This document shows positions 8,649 through 17,059 of a stretch of DNA of 45,807 nucleotides, in pieces. Origin of the DNA: a virus (Duplodnaviria; Caudoviricetes); the IMG/VR virus record IMGVR_UViG_3300030376_002881, positions 1 to 45,807 of that record; one strand, 5' to 3'. Each line of letters starts with the position of its first letter. Positions within the stretch are counted from its first letter, which is position 1. The notes beneath the pieces are model-generated. The model made no database searches. It was not told where the DNA came from and was given only the letters and a program-made list of their open reading frames with translations. A program made the translations under genes and the position numbers.

Positions 8649-10527
8649 GCTCTTGCGATGCTACTGTGTAGTCTTCTTTCTCATAGTTTTTAAGATTATC
8701 CCAGTTTAATTCAGGCATAGTTTTCTTCATCTTTTCATACTCTTCTTTACTGCATTCTTGATAAGGTGCTTGCTTATAAACATGATCAGAATGTGGTAGA
8801 AAACTAATACCACTTATACTGTCAAAGTTTTCATACACCCATGCTCCTACACTAAGCCATTCATCTTCTTTGACAGAGATAGTTACACTAGGCTTGTGTT
8901 CGCACCAATGATCTTGGTACACCTTCCATATCTTCAGTTGTTCTATAGCTGACATACTATCACGTGTGAGACAATTAGGTGGAGCTTCAACTGCAAAAGA
9001 GAATACCATTGTAGTGTCAGGCTTCATGACATCAGGCTCATGAGGTACACCAGAGTCAATCATGAACTGACACAACGGATCTTTAATATCCTGCCGTACC
9101 GTTCTGATGTAGTGCTGTGAATGCCTGGTATGTATACCTGATGCAGAGTCGCATAGCTGTGACACAGTACCACTAGGCTTCACGCAACTGATTGCTGCTG
9201 ACTCAGGGACACCTAACTTATCGGCCCATACTTTGTTGGTGTGTCGTGCTACACTTCTTAATGACTCAAGTAGTTCTGGTAGCTCAGTGTGATACTGCTG
9301 ACCACAGGTTAGGATGTTGTCCATGATCCCTGTCAAGGATACACCTAGCAACCTCTCTTCCTCACAGTTCTGCTTCCACGCTTTCGGTAGGTAGCGGAAA
9401 TTAGTGAGAGTGCTTTGCCATGTACCGAGTATAGTAGCCAGCTTCACCTTACGTCTTAGATCATCCTCATCATCACTGCTTCTGATTACTACCTCTGACA
9501 GATTACAGAACTCTCTGGGTCTTAATATTATTTCAGAACATGGATTCGTCCCGAAGTCATCTCTAGGATCTCTGTGATCGAATCGCTCGACTTGTTTTCT
9601 TGCATTGTATGAACTGTAGAACCCACGTTCTCCAGATTTCGAGTCATAAAGGGAAGCCCACTCTCTAAGGAAGGTTCCAGTGTCAGGTTTGGAGTGATAA
9701 TTGGCACTGTTGTTTGCGAGTGCTCTGTGTCCATAGTCTTCCCACCATGCTCCTGACTTAGCGAGTCGCATTTGCTCATCCCCAAGATCACTGAGACTAA
9801 TAAGAGCAGACCTACGAACACCACCAACCACAACGACTTCTGCTGTTTTTGTAACAATGTCATGGCATTCAATTGGTCTGAGTTTTCGTCCTTTTGCATT
9901 TTCAAATGTTTTACAGGTGAACAAGAATAGTTTATTAAGTGGATCAGGACCGCTTGCTCTACCTCCAAAAGTTTTGAGTATTGCTCCAGCTTTTCGTACT
10001 TTACTCATGTCCCATGTTGGTATTAGTCCTGCGTACAAAAGACTAATCAATTCACGGAACGCTTTAGCCCAACCTAGTTTACTGTCTCGTACATCTATAC
10101 ATGTGTCAGTAGGATGTAACTCTGATGGTACTACAGGTAACTGTGAAGTGTACTTTTCTTCCACACTAAAACCTACACCTGTACCATTCATTAGTGTGTA
10201 CAAAACCTCATCAAAACTACGGATGGTATCAATAGGTAAGTAGCTACAGTTGTACCCTGCTACATTCTCCTTTTCTAATGCTGGTCCTGCTGTCATTAAA
10301 CAACGCATACTAGGCATTACTTCTAACTCTAGTACTGCATCTTTTAATTCATTAAACTCATCAAGTTTAACACTATAGTTTTGGTTCCTTGATAAGTGGT
10401 CTAGGAAAAATCTAAAGTATCTACCTACTGTCTCTTCCCATGTCTCTCTTCTTCCACTGTCATAGTTCCACCTTGAGTACCTGGATAGGTGAATAAACTC
10501 TTGGTATGTAGTAGGCAGTTTATGCAT
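8614..10527 (-). CDS. nrdJ: Class II adenosylcobalamin-dependent ribonucleotide reductase
   Basis: GYNCSY, VVGGVRRSALI, TNPCSEI, VKPSGTVS and C-terminal CSGNSC; no beta-subunit gene in the genome. Confidence 0.93.
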   Translation of the reverse strand: MHKLPTTYQEFIHLSRYSRWNYDSGRRETWEETVGRYFRFFLDHLSRNQNYSVKLDEFNELKDAVLELEVMPSMRCLMTAGPALEKENVAGYNCSYLPIDTIRSFDEVLYTLMNGTGVGFSVEEKYTSQLPVVPSELHPTDTCIDVRDSKLGWAKAFRELISLLYAGLIPTWDMSKVRKAGAILKTFGGRASGPDPLNKLFLFTCKTFENAKGRKLRPIECHDIVTKTAEVVVVGGVRRSALISLSDLGDEQMRLAKSGAWWEDYGHRALANNSANYHSKPDTGTFLREWASLYDSKSGERGFYSSYNARKQVERFDHRDPRDDFGTNPCSEIILRPREFCNLSEVVIRSSDDEDDLRRKVKLATILGTWQSTLTNFRYLPKAWKQNCEEERLLGVSLTGIMDNILTCGQQYHTELPELLESLRSVARHTNKVWADKLGVPESAAISCVKPSGTVSQLCDSASGIHTRHSQHYIRTVRQDIKDPLCQFMIDSGVPHEPDVMKPDTTMVFSFAVEAPPNCLTRDSMSAIEQLKIWKVYQDHWCEHKPSVTISVKEDEWLSVGAWVYENFDSISGISFLPHSDHVYKQAPYQECSKEEYEKMKKTMPELNWDNLKNYEKEDYTVASQELACSGNSCEVV

Positions 10528-10732
10528 TGGCTTCCTCCCTTTCGATCAACCAATTAAGATATACTTGTGCCTTTCTAAGATCCCTTACACCACCTTTATG
10601 TGGGTATCTGGATACGTATTTAATAATGTTACCTTCGAGGAAGTCCATTTCGTTTGCCTTTATAAATTCAATAGGTTCTATACCAAAGTTCTCTGTGTAG
10701 TGCTGTGGGTTTTCAAACTCTTCACGATCCAT
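10520..10732 (-). CDS. DUF3310 / T7 gp1.7-like nucleotide kinase domain protein
   Basis: NPQHY...IEPIEFI...FLEGNIIKYVSRYPHKGGVRDLRKA. Confidence 0.88.
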   Translation of the reverse strand: MDREEFENPQHYTENFGIEPIEFIKANEMDFLEGNIIKYVSRYPHKGGVRDLRKAQVYLNWLIEREEANA

Positions 10733-11486
10733 AAGGACTCCATAATACAGGTTTATTATTTACGTACTCACCATGCCTGAGAATACGTGCCATACGTGCG
10801 TTCATAATCGCATCGTCTTCAGTCAGACCTGCTTTGATGTAGGTCTGTTTCACTGCTTCCCAAAGGATTGAGAAGTCATCTGTGTTTATGTCCAGTACTT
10901 TTTCTGCTGACTTGGGACCAATCTTAGGACATCCTTTATAGTTGTCTGTAGTGTCGCCAGTGAGAGTTTGAGTTAGGAAATAGTAGTTAGCTACTTCCTC
11001 TGTGTTGTAGAAAATCATACTAAGATCATCATCCCATTGATAAGCTGGGACTGTGAGAAGATCTTTATCTTCACTCACAACCACACGTTGAATTTCGTCA
11101 TCAATCTTTGATGTATGTATGCCGATAACATCATCAGCTTCTAATGTGGGTTCGATGATACAGGAGTAGTTCTCCTTGCAGTAATTAATTGCAGGAACGT
11201 AACACATTGGTTTCCGTGTAGTAGCACGATGAAACTTGTATTGTGGATTTAATTTTTTCCTGAAATTATTCCGACCGCTGAAACACATAACTACACTGGT
11301 AGCGTCCATGCGTTTTTTGAGGTCAACTACTGCATCATCTATTAATGTTTTTACCTGTGCTAAATCACAATGCATGGTCCACAAATCATTCTTCCAATTG
11401 ATAGGTTCCTCACAGGAAGATGTGATTCTGTAGACCCATATATCTGCATCAACATAGGCAATAATTTGGTCAGGTATTTTCTTCAT
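10722..11486 (-). CDS. 5'-3' exonuclease (T7 gp6-like)
   Basis: VDAD, NFRK, LEADDVIG, SEDKDL and GDTTDNYKGCPKIG motifs; start 11486 gives an ATGA overlap with the upstream stop. Confidence 0.93.
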   Translation of the reverse strand: MKKIPDQIIAYVDADIWVYRITSSCEEPINWKNDLWTMHCDLAQVKTLIDDAVVDLKKRMDATSVVMCFSGRNNFRKKLNPQYKFHRATTRKPMCYVPAINYCKENYSCIIEPTLEADDVIGIHTSKIDDEIQRVVVSEDKDLLTVPAYQWDDDLSMIFYNTEEVANYYFLTQTLTGDTTDNYKGCPKIGPKSAEKVLDINTDDFSILWEAVKQTYIKAGLTEDDAIMNARMARILRHGEYVNNKPVLWSPYGS

Positions 11487-11980
11487 TGAATTATGTCTGG
11501 GCGGATGGTGTATGTTTCTGGATCGTTTAAATCCCATTTGTATTCTGGATACTTAGAAAATGCGAATGATGTTTTACATTCTAATTTTTTAAATGGAACT
11601 ATATAAACGTAAGGAAAAGTACACGCACAGAGGTAATCAAAATCACCTTCTACATAGTGCTTTGCATCATCGTGTTTCTTAATCCTTGCCCACTTAGTTG
11701 TAGTGTGTTTTACCTGTAAGGTTTTCCACACCCCACTTCTCTCCACAGCAAAATCATAAACACAAGTAGGGTCCATTGTCTGATGTATATTGTAATTCCA
11801 CATGTGGAACAAATAACATACAAGATGTTCACCTGCTTGTCCGATCCTGCTAGTGGGTAGCCGACCAATCGGTTCCGTACCTAAATTCACCTGTAAGGGG
11901 GATTCTAAATTTGTAAGTATCCCCTGCAACTCCAATTGCTCTGACCGCAATGTTTCCGATTTCATCTTCAATCCCTTCAC
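11483..11980 (-). CDS. PD-(D/E)XK endonuclease (homing-endonuclease-like); start uncertain
   Basis: GQAGE...YDFAV...LQVK...YVEGDFDYL...YIVP pattern. Confidence 0.72.
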   Translation of the reverse strand: MKGLKMKSETLRSEQLELQGILTNLESPLQVNLGTEPIGRLPTSRIGQAGEHLVCYLFHMWNYNIHQTMDPTCVYDFAVERSGVWKTLQVKHTTTKWARIKKHDDAKHYVEGDFDYLCACTFPYVYIVPFKKLECKTSFAFSKYPEYKWDLNDPETYTIRPDIIQ

Positions 11981-13583
11981 GAACTAACATTTGTATTTCA
12001 TCATGAACGAATGCCACCTGTGCGTAGTCCTTACCGTATTCATACTTGGACTCTTGGAGCATTCGATCCAGTTCGACCACCCATCTTTTACAGATGATTG
12101 CACCTGCGGATTGCAGTAGAGTGTTGAGAGCAGCATGTTCAGATCTGATCGGTACTTTTCGACCATCCAGACCTAAGACCCAACCCTGTTTAGCACGTTT
12201 TTGCACTGCTTGTTTGAGGTTCTTTAATGCAGGTAACTTTGTAAGAAATTTATCCTTTAGTTTCTTTCCCTCCTTTGCACCTTTACCAACGATTTGACCG
12301 ATCTTGTTGTCTCCTGCACCATACAAGAAACCGTATACAAAAGTTTTCGCCTGATCTCTTGTAGCAAGTCCAGCAGCTTCTTGATTGGCAGTATGAATAT
12401 CGCCTTCAAGCAGGATCTTACCGTATGAGCCACCGTCAAACCTGCCCATATAATGAGCCAAGCACCGCAGTTCAAGACCAGAAACATCAACTCCCAAAAG
12501 GGAAAAACCTTCATCTGATTTAAAAAGTTCTCTGCATTCTTTCCCATAGGGTGCTTTAATGCTCGGAACTTGAGCCGAGTTCGGATGCGAATGAGAGCAA
12601 CGACTTGTGATGCTCCCCATTGTGTTAACCCTGCCATGTAGTCTGCCTTTCCTTTCAAGTTTGAGCCACGCTTGATCACCTTCTGCAAGCTGACCTATAC
12701 GTTTATTAATCATGAAATACTCAGCCATCAACTGAGCTTCTGGAAAGTCCAGTGTTAGTAGAACTTTCTCATCCACCTTTGCTTCACCTGACGGTGTAAA
12801 CTCTATCGGTTCCCATCCTCGTAACTCTTTCAGTCTCTTTGCAATGTGCTGTCGAGAGTTAGGATTGAAATCCACGATCTTAATCTTGTGGTACAGTCCT
12901 TTCTTCCGTTCTCCCTCATCTAAGATCCACGATCCGAATGCAGTTCGTAATTCTTTGAAAAGAATAGACCGTCTTTCTGACAATTTTGCGTAAAGAGAAG
13001 CAGCTTTAGGTATGTCAAAAGGAAATCCGTAGTGTTCCTGCTGATAACAGATGTCTGCAATCCTGTGCTCAAGATCAGATGCTGATTCAGAAGTCTTGTT
13101 GTACAGCATCCTGTACAGTTCTTCTGTGACCTCAACATCTTGGATACAGTAATCAACCATCTCTTCGGATAGTTCTGTGAATGCATCTACACCATTACCG
13201 TAATCACCTTTGAGCTTCTGTAGTCTATGGCCCCATGCTTCCAGGGAATGACTGCCCCAATAGCGAGTTGCCATTACCTTAGACTTTGAATCACGTGCTC
13301 TCATGTCTGAGTAAATCAAACGTGAAAGTACAAGTGTGTCTGTGACGTTCTCAATGTCCATCGTGTAACCGTACAACCTCTTTAGTACCTCAAGGTCATA
13401 CCCAATCAGGTTGTGTCCAATGAGGTGCTGATCCTGTACTCTTGCAAGACCCTCTTTAATTTCTTTGTCACCTATTAATACCCATCGCTCACCTGAATCG
13501 ATGTTCTTAATCACGATGACAAAGACCTTAGTTACAGTGTCAAGCAATCCATCTGCTTCTAAGTCCAATATGTATCTGTTCAT
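11850..13583 (-). CDS. polA: Family A DNA polymerase (T7 gp5-like)
   Basis: Exonuclease motifs DLEAD, GHNLIGYD and YCIQDV; polymerase motifs DVSGLELR, RDQAKTFVYGFLYG and VHDE. Confidence 0.97.
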   Translation of the reverse strand: MNRYILDLEADGLLDTVTKVFVIVIKNIDSGERWVLIGDKEIKEGLARVQDQHLIGHNLIGYDLEVLKRLYGYTMDIENVTDTLVLSRLIYSDMRARDSKSKVMATRYWGSHSLEAWGHRLQKLKGDYGNGVDAFTELSEEMVDYCIQDVEVTEELYRMLYNKTSESASDLEHRIADICYQQEHYGFPFDIPKAASLYAKLSERRSILFKELRTAFGSWILDEGERKKGLYHKIKIVDFNPNSRQHIAKRLKELRGWEPIEFTPSGEAKVDEKVLLTLDFPEAQLMAEYFMINKRIGQLAEGDQAWLKLERKGRLHGRVNTMGSITSRCSHSHPNSAQVPSIKAPYGKECRELFKSDEGFSLLGVDVSGLELRCLAHYMGRFDGGSYGKILLEGDIHTANQEAAGLATRDQAKTFVYGFLYGAGDNKIGQIVGKGAKEGKKLKDKFLTKLPALKNLKQAVQKRAKQGWVLGLDGRKVPIRSEHAALNTLLQSAGAIICKRWVVELDRMLQESKYEYGKDYAQVAFVHDEIQMLVREGIEDEIGNIAVRAIGVAGDTYKFRIPLTGEFRYGTDWSATH

Positions 13584-13611
13584 TTGCTCTCTCGCTGGAG
13601 TTGCTTTGAAT

Positions 13612-13950
13612 TTATACTGGTTTCTCTCCTCTAAGTTCCATCATGCATTGAGTCATAAACTGTTCTGACATTCGTTGTCTCACAGGAGAATCTATAATTA
13701 AAAACTGTTCGTAGCTGATCTCTTTTCTAAGAGCATCTGTTACACAGTCGCACAGTACGGCCTTAACCATAGCTGGTGTGCTAGGTTGGCTTTGATGAAC
13801 TGCATTGTTACATGCCATCCATAATGTTCTTAAAGAAAGGGTACTGTAATCACCCTTGTATTTTTGATCTTTCCCATACGCAGGTTGAAAACACGTATTC
13901 AGAAATAATATACAAAACGCATTTATTAAAATCGCTCTAATTTTTTCCAT
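13612..13950 (-). CDS. Hypothetical protein with signal-peptide-like N-terminus and several cysteines
   Basis: 112-aa ORF coupled to the helicase stop (TAATG); hydrophobic N-terminus. Confidence 0.7.
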   Translation of the reverse strand: MEKIRAILINAFCILFLNTCFQPAYGKDQKYKGDYSTLSLRTLWMACNNAVHQSQPSTPAMVKAVLCDCVTDALRKEISYEQFLIIDSPVRQRMSEQFMTQCMMELRGEKPV

Positions 13951-15569
13951 TAAAAATCCGAGGTTTCATTGTTTTTATTGAACCCATAAGGATCGTCATC
14001 AGACTCATGATCAAAGTCTACTTCAGTCATTCGACCTGTCTCTTTTGAGTACTCAAGTTTAGATGCTATACCAGTTTCACCTGTCCACCTGTTTTTCAGT
14101 ACTCTGAGTGTAGTCAGATTAGGATTCTCACCTTGTTGGTCCCTTTCACATCCAATACAAAGGTCTGATAGTTGAGCTATACCGTGACTCCCTCTAAGTT
14201 GACTGAGAGAGGTACGTGCTCCATCTTCATGACCCTTATCACCACTTGGTCTGCGTAAATGAGAGACTAAAATGAGTCCACACTGCACTTCTTCTACAAG
14301 TGAGCGTAATTTGGTCATAATATAGTCAAGCATCCTTCTTTCATCACCTCCCTGCATACCTGAGATGACAATGCTGATGTGATCAAGAATCAAATACTCA
14401 CAACCTAGACTCTTCACCATATAACGAAGTTTGTTGAGAAGATGTTCAGGGTCCATACTTCCCCAATGGTCATAGAGAAACAGGTTTCCTGTACCTAATG
14501 TCTCATTAAATGCCTGTCTGAGTTCATCCTCTTCTACTTCAATATTTTGAAGGTGTATTGGCTTGTTTAGGTATAACCCTACAAAACCTAATGCAGTCCT
14601 CCTGTTGTTCTCCTCCAAGGCTAAATACCCAACCTTATGACCCATAAGCATTAAGTGGTTAGCAATCTCACGACATACTTGAGACTTACCTACACCACTT
14701 CCTGCTGTAATGGTGACAATCTCACCCTTACGAATACCTTGAGTCATGGAGTTAAGGGAATTAAAGGGGTATGGAGAAGACTCCATCTGCTCCTGTGAAG
14801 CGATCAAGTTCCATAAATCCTTGGCATCAATAATACCATCTGGTCTATGTACTTTTGCTCCCCATATAGCATCAACCAACTCCCTTTCTCGTCCCTCCAT
14901 AATCATGTCGGAAGGGTCTTTTAAAGGAAGTGATGCCACCTTAATTTTCCCTGGAGAGAATAATGGAACACAGTCCTCAACAGCTTTTACTCCTGCATCA
15001 TCTTGATCGAACATCAAGACCACTGTTTCAAACTGCTCAAGCCATTCCAGTTCACGTGCTAAAGCCTTCCTAGCTCCAGCAGCACCGTTAGGGATACTGA
15101 CCACAGGCCATTTGTTTCCCAAGGCTTGCGACAGTGAAAGTGCATCAACCTCACCTTCAACTACTGTCACCATCTTCCCACCATCCCTCCAGAGATGCTG
15201 CCCGTAAAGACCGCTTTCTTTTAAGTCTCCTATAAATAGGAAATCTTTATTAGGGAATCTAAGTTTTTGTCCAACTACACGACCTGCTTTTTTATAGTTA
15301 GCAATCTGGACTTTCTTACCTTTAAAAGTTCCAGTTGTGTAGTTCCACTTTTCTAGTGTTTCACGGCCTATCCTACGTTTCCTAAGTTCTTCGTAACTAC
15401 CTTCTACAAAATCCACTTGTTCCACCCTCTCGTTATTATGTTTAGAATCACGATAACCGCATCCTGGTGTGAAGCACCAAGAGTGACCATCATCATATAA
15501 CGCAAGATTATCTTGAGATCCGCATCTAGGACACGGAGCATGACCCACACACCTAGATTCCTCTTCCAT
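13950..15569 (-). CDS. DNA primase-helicase (T7 gp4-like)
   Basis: CPRC...CFTPGC zinc finger, TOPRIM EGEVD/FDQD, Walker A AGSGVGKS, ILDHISI, LRGS. Confidence 0.97.
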   Translation of the reverse strand: MEEESRCVGHAPCPRCGSQDNLALYDDGHSWCFTPGCGYRDSKHNNERVEQVDFVEGSYEELRKRRIGRETLEKWNYTTGTFKGKKVQIANYKKAGRVVGQKLRFPNKDFLFIGDLKESGLYGQHLWRDGGKMVTVVEGEVDALSLSQALGNKWPVVSIPNGAAGARKALARELEWLEQFETVVLMFDQDDAGVKAVEDCVPLFSPGKIKVASLPLKDPSDMIMEGRERELVDAIWGAKVHRPDGIIDAKDLWNLIASQEQMESSPYPFNSLNSMTQGIRKGEIVTITAGSGVGKSQVCREIANHLMLMGHKVGYLALEENNRRTALGFVGLYLNKPIHLQNIEVEEDELRQAFNETLGTGNLFLYDHWGSMDPEHLLNKLRYMVKSLGCEYLILDHISIVISGMQGGDERRMLDYIMTKLRSLVEEVQCGLILVSHLRRPSGDKGHEDGARTSLSQLRGSHGIAQLSDLCIGCERDQQGENPNLTTLRVLKNRWTGETGIASKLEYSKETGRMTEVDFDHESDDDPYGFNKNNETSDF

Positions 15570-15904
15570 TACATGTCTTCTTCTGACTCGTACTCTTCAC
15601 CACTGATTGAGGTTGCAGTCAGCTTTGTGATGTAACTGAAACCACATGCCTTCATGAAGGTCTTAAACTGGTCAAGTACTTCACCTAAATACTCACCCTC
15701 GAACTTCATTTCAACTGTGCGATCCCAATCATGAGCACCTCTCCACAGACGTTCGCCTGATGGATTCCATCCTGCTTCCATCTTTAGACTGAAGCGTTCT
15801 GTGTAATCAGTGTCATCCTCGTACTCCTCTTCTTGTACTGTCGATCTCACTTCCATGTCATCTTCAGTACCGTCATTTTCATCTTCTTTTTCTTCTTGTA
15901 ACAT
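15569..15904 (-). CDS. Acidic hypothetical protein
   Basis: Start moved to ATG 15904 (AAGGA RBS); stop overlaps the primase start. Confidence 0.65.
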   Translation of the reverse strand: MLQEEKEDENDGTEDDMEVRSTVQEEEYEDDTDYTERFSLKMEAGWNPSGERLWRGAHDWDRTVEMKFEGEYLGEVLDQFKTFMKACGFSYITKLTATSISGEEYESEEDM

Positions 15905-16445
15905 TTTCCTTATGTTGAGCATGTTTACGTTTTTTACGTTCTTTAATCCATTGTTTAGGTACTGTTCCTTCTGAGTACAGGAAACCATATTTGTTGCACC
16001 ATTCGGCACATGTCATTTGACTACCTTGTACTCTAGAATTGACATTCTGAAAAACAAATCTGAGGTCTATCTCAGGATGTTGTTTCTGAATTGCTCTGTG
16101 CTTTCTTTGATCTGCACTTCTAAAGTATCCTTTAACTTCAACATGGATTTGATTTGGTAAAAGAAAGTCAGGTTTGTATTTACGTGTTACTGAATAATCT
16201 ATCCAAGCCCACTCATACTCATACTTGACTTTCTGTTCTTCTAAATTTCCTGCAACGGATGCTTCAAGTTTAGAACGATACTTATTCTCAGAAGTCTTCT
16301 TCGTCTTCTGTGGCTGTTTCGTAACCTTCTTCTGCTTTGAATCCGTCACTTGTTTCGTCTTCTGAGGCTTCAAAACCTTCCTCTTCTGAGAACCCAAGTT
16401 CAGATGTTGGTACATATTCCACCAAGTTAAGTACTTGCACTGCAT
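15879..16445 (-). CDS. Endonuclease I / Holliday junction resolvase (T7 gp3-like); true start probably further downstream
   Basis: YRSKLE, YKPDF, VEVKG, DQRKH and LRFVF motifs. Confidence 0.92.
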   Translation of the reverse strand: MQCKYLTWWNMYQHLNLGSQKRKVLKPQKTKQVTDSKQKKVTKQPQKTKKTSENKYRSKLEASVAGNLEEQKVKYEYEWAWIDYSVTRKYKPDFLLPNQIHVEVKGYFRSADQRKHRAIQKQHPEIDLRFVFQNVNSRVQGSQMTCAEWCNKYGFLYSEGTVPKQWIKERKKRKHAQHKENVTRRKRR

Positions 16446-16875
16446 CCATGTACATTTTCACTCCATCACCTCCTGGTGATTTATAAAGGCTAGGACGGAA
16501 GGAAACTTTAAGTTCACTTCCAGATCCAACATTCACCTTGATAGGATTCAACTTAGAATCGACCACATTAATAGTGACCTTTCTTTCTGAGTTATCTTTC
16601 TTGGAACGAAAGACTCCGTTTTGTTTAAAGACAAAGAGAATCTCATCTCCGTCTTCAACATAGGGAGGCTGTGCTTTACGTTTGGACTCGTGCATCTCCC
16701 AACACTCATCAAGCCACCCATCAATCTTCTTCATGAATGCTTTAGCTGATTTTGATGATGCAGGTAGTGCTAGTTTGACAATGTACTCACCATCTTCCTT
16801 ATACTTGGTTGATGGTTTATCAATCATCACGAACCTCCCGACTCCTTTCGGAGATACCTCTCGTTTTACTGCCAT
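16288..16875 (-). CDS. ssb: Single-stranded DNA-binding protein (T7 gp2.5-like)
   Basis: SPKG, VGSGSELKV and AVQVLNLVEY motifs; acidic tail ending in F. Confidence 0.92.
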   Translation of the reverse strand: MAVKREVSPKGVGRFVMIDKPSTKYKEDGEYIVKLALPASSKSAKAFMKKIDGWLDECWEMHESKRKAQPPYVEDGDEILFVFKQNGVFRSKKDNSERKVTINVVDSKLNPIKVNVGSGSELKVSFRPSLYKSPGGDGVKMYMDAVQVLNLVEYVPTSELGFSEEEGFEASEDETSDGFKAEEGYETATEDEEDF

Positions 16876-17006
16876 ATCTTCCTTGAGAAATGGTTGATTA
16901 AGTAGTTGACATCTACACCGTGCTCCAACAGCTTGGCTTCAATATCAACTGGAATAGGCTGATCTTCACGAATCAACCGTTTAACTGTTTTAATTAAGTT
17001 AGACAT
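16866..17006 (-). CDS. Small hypothetical protein (46 aa)
   Basis: Hand translation MSNLIKTVKRLIREDQPIPVDIEAKLLEHGVDVNYLINHFSRKIWQ; directly after a phage promoter, overlaps the ssb start. Confidence 0.7.
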   Translation of the reverse strand: MSNLIKTVKRLIREDQPIPVDIEAKLLEHGVDVNYLINHFSRKIWQ

Positions 17007-17015
17007 GTTTTTTGA

Positions 17016-17035
17016 TCTATAATGGCCCTTTGATA
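17016..17035 (-). promoter_or_regulatory. Phage RNAP promoter (replication block)
   Basis: TATCAAAGGGCCATTATAGA, one mismatch to the other two copies. Confidence 0.85.
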
Positions 17036-17036
17036 G

Positions 17037-17048
17037 TATTATCTCACA
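17037..17048 (-). promoter_or_regulatory. TGTGAGATAATA box (operator or extended -10)
   Basis: Exact 12-mer also at 19713, 26830, 27235 and 27429. Confidence 0.7.
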
Positions 17049-17059
17049 AGTGATTGAAT

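Noticed and set aside
10520-10740. Cobalamin riboswitch for nrdJ
   Set aside because: No intergenic space; upstream genes overlap
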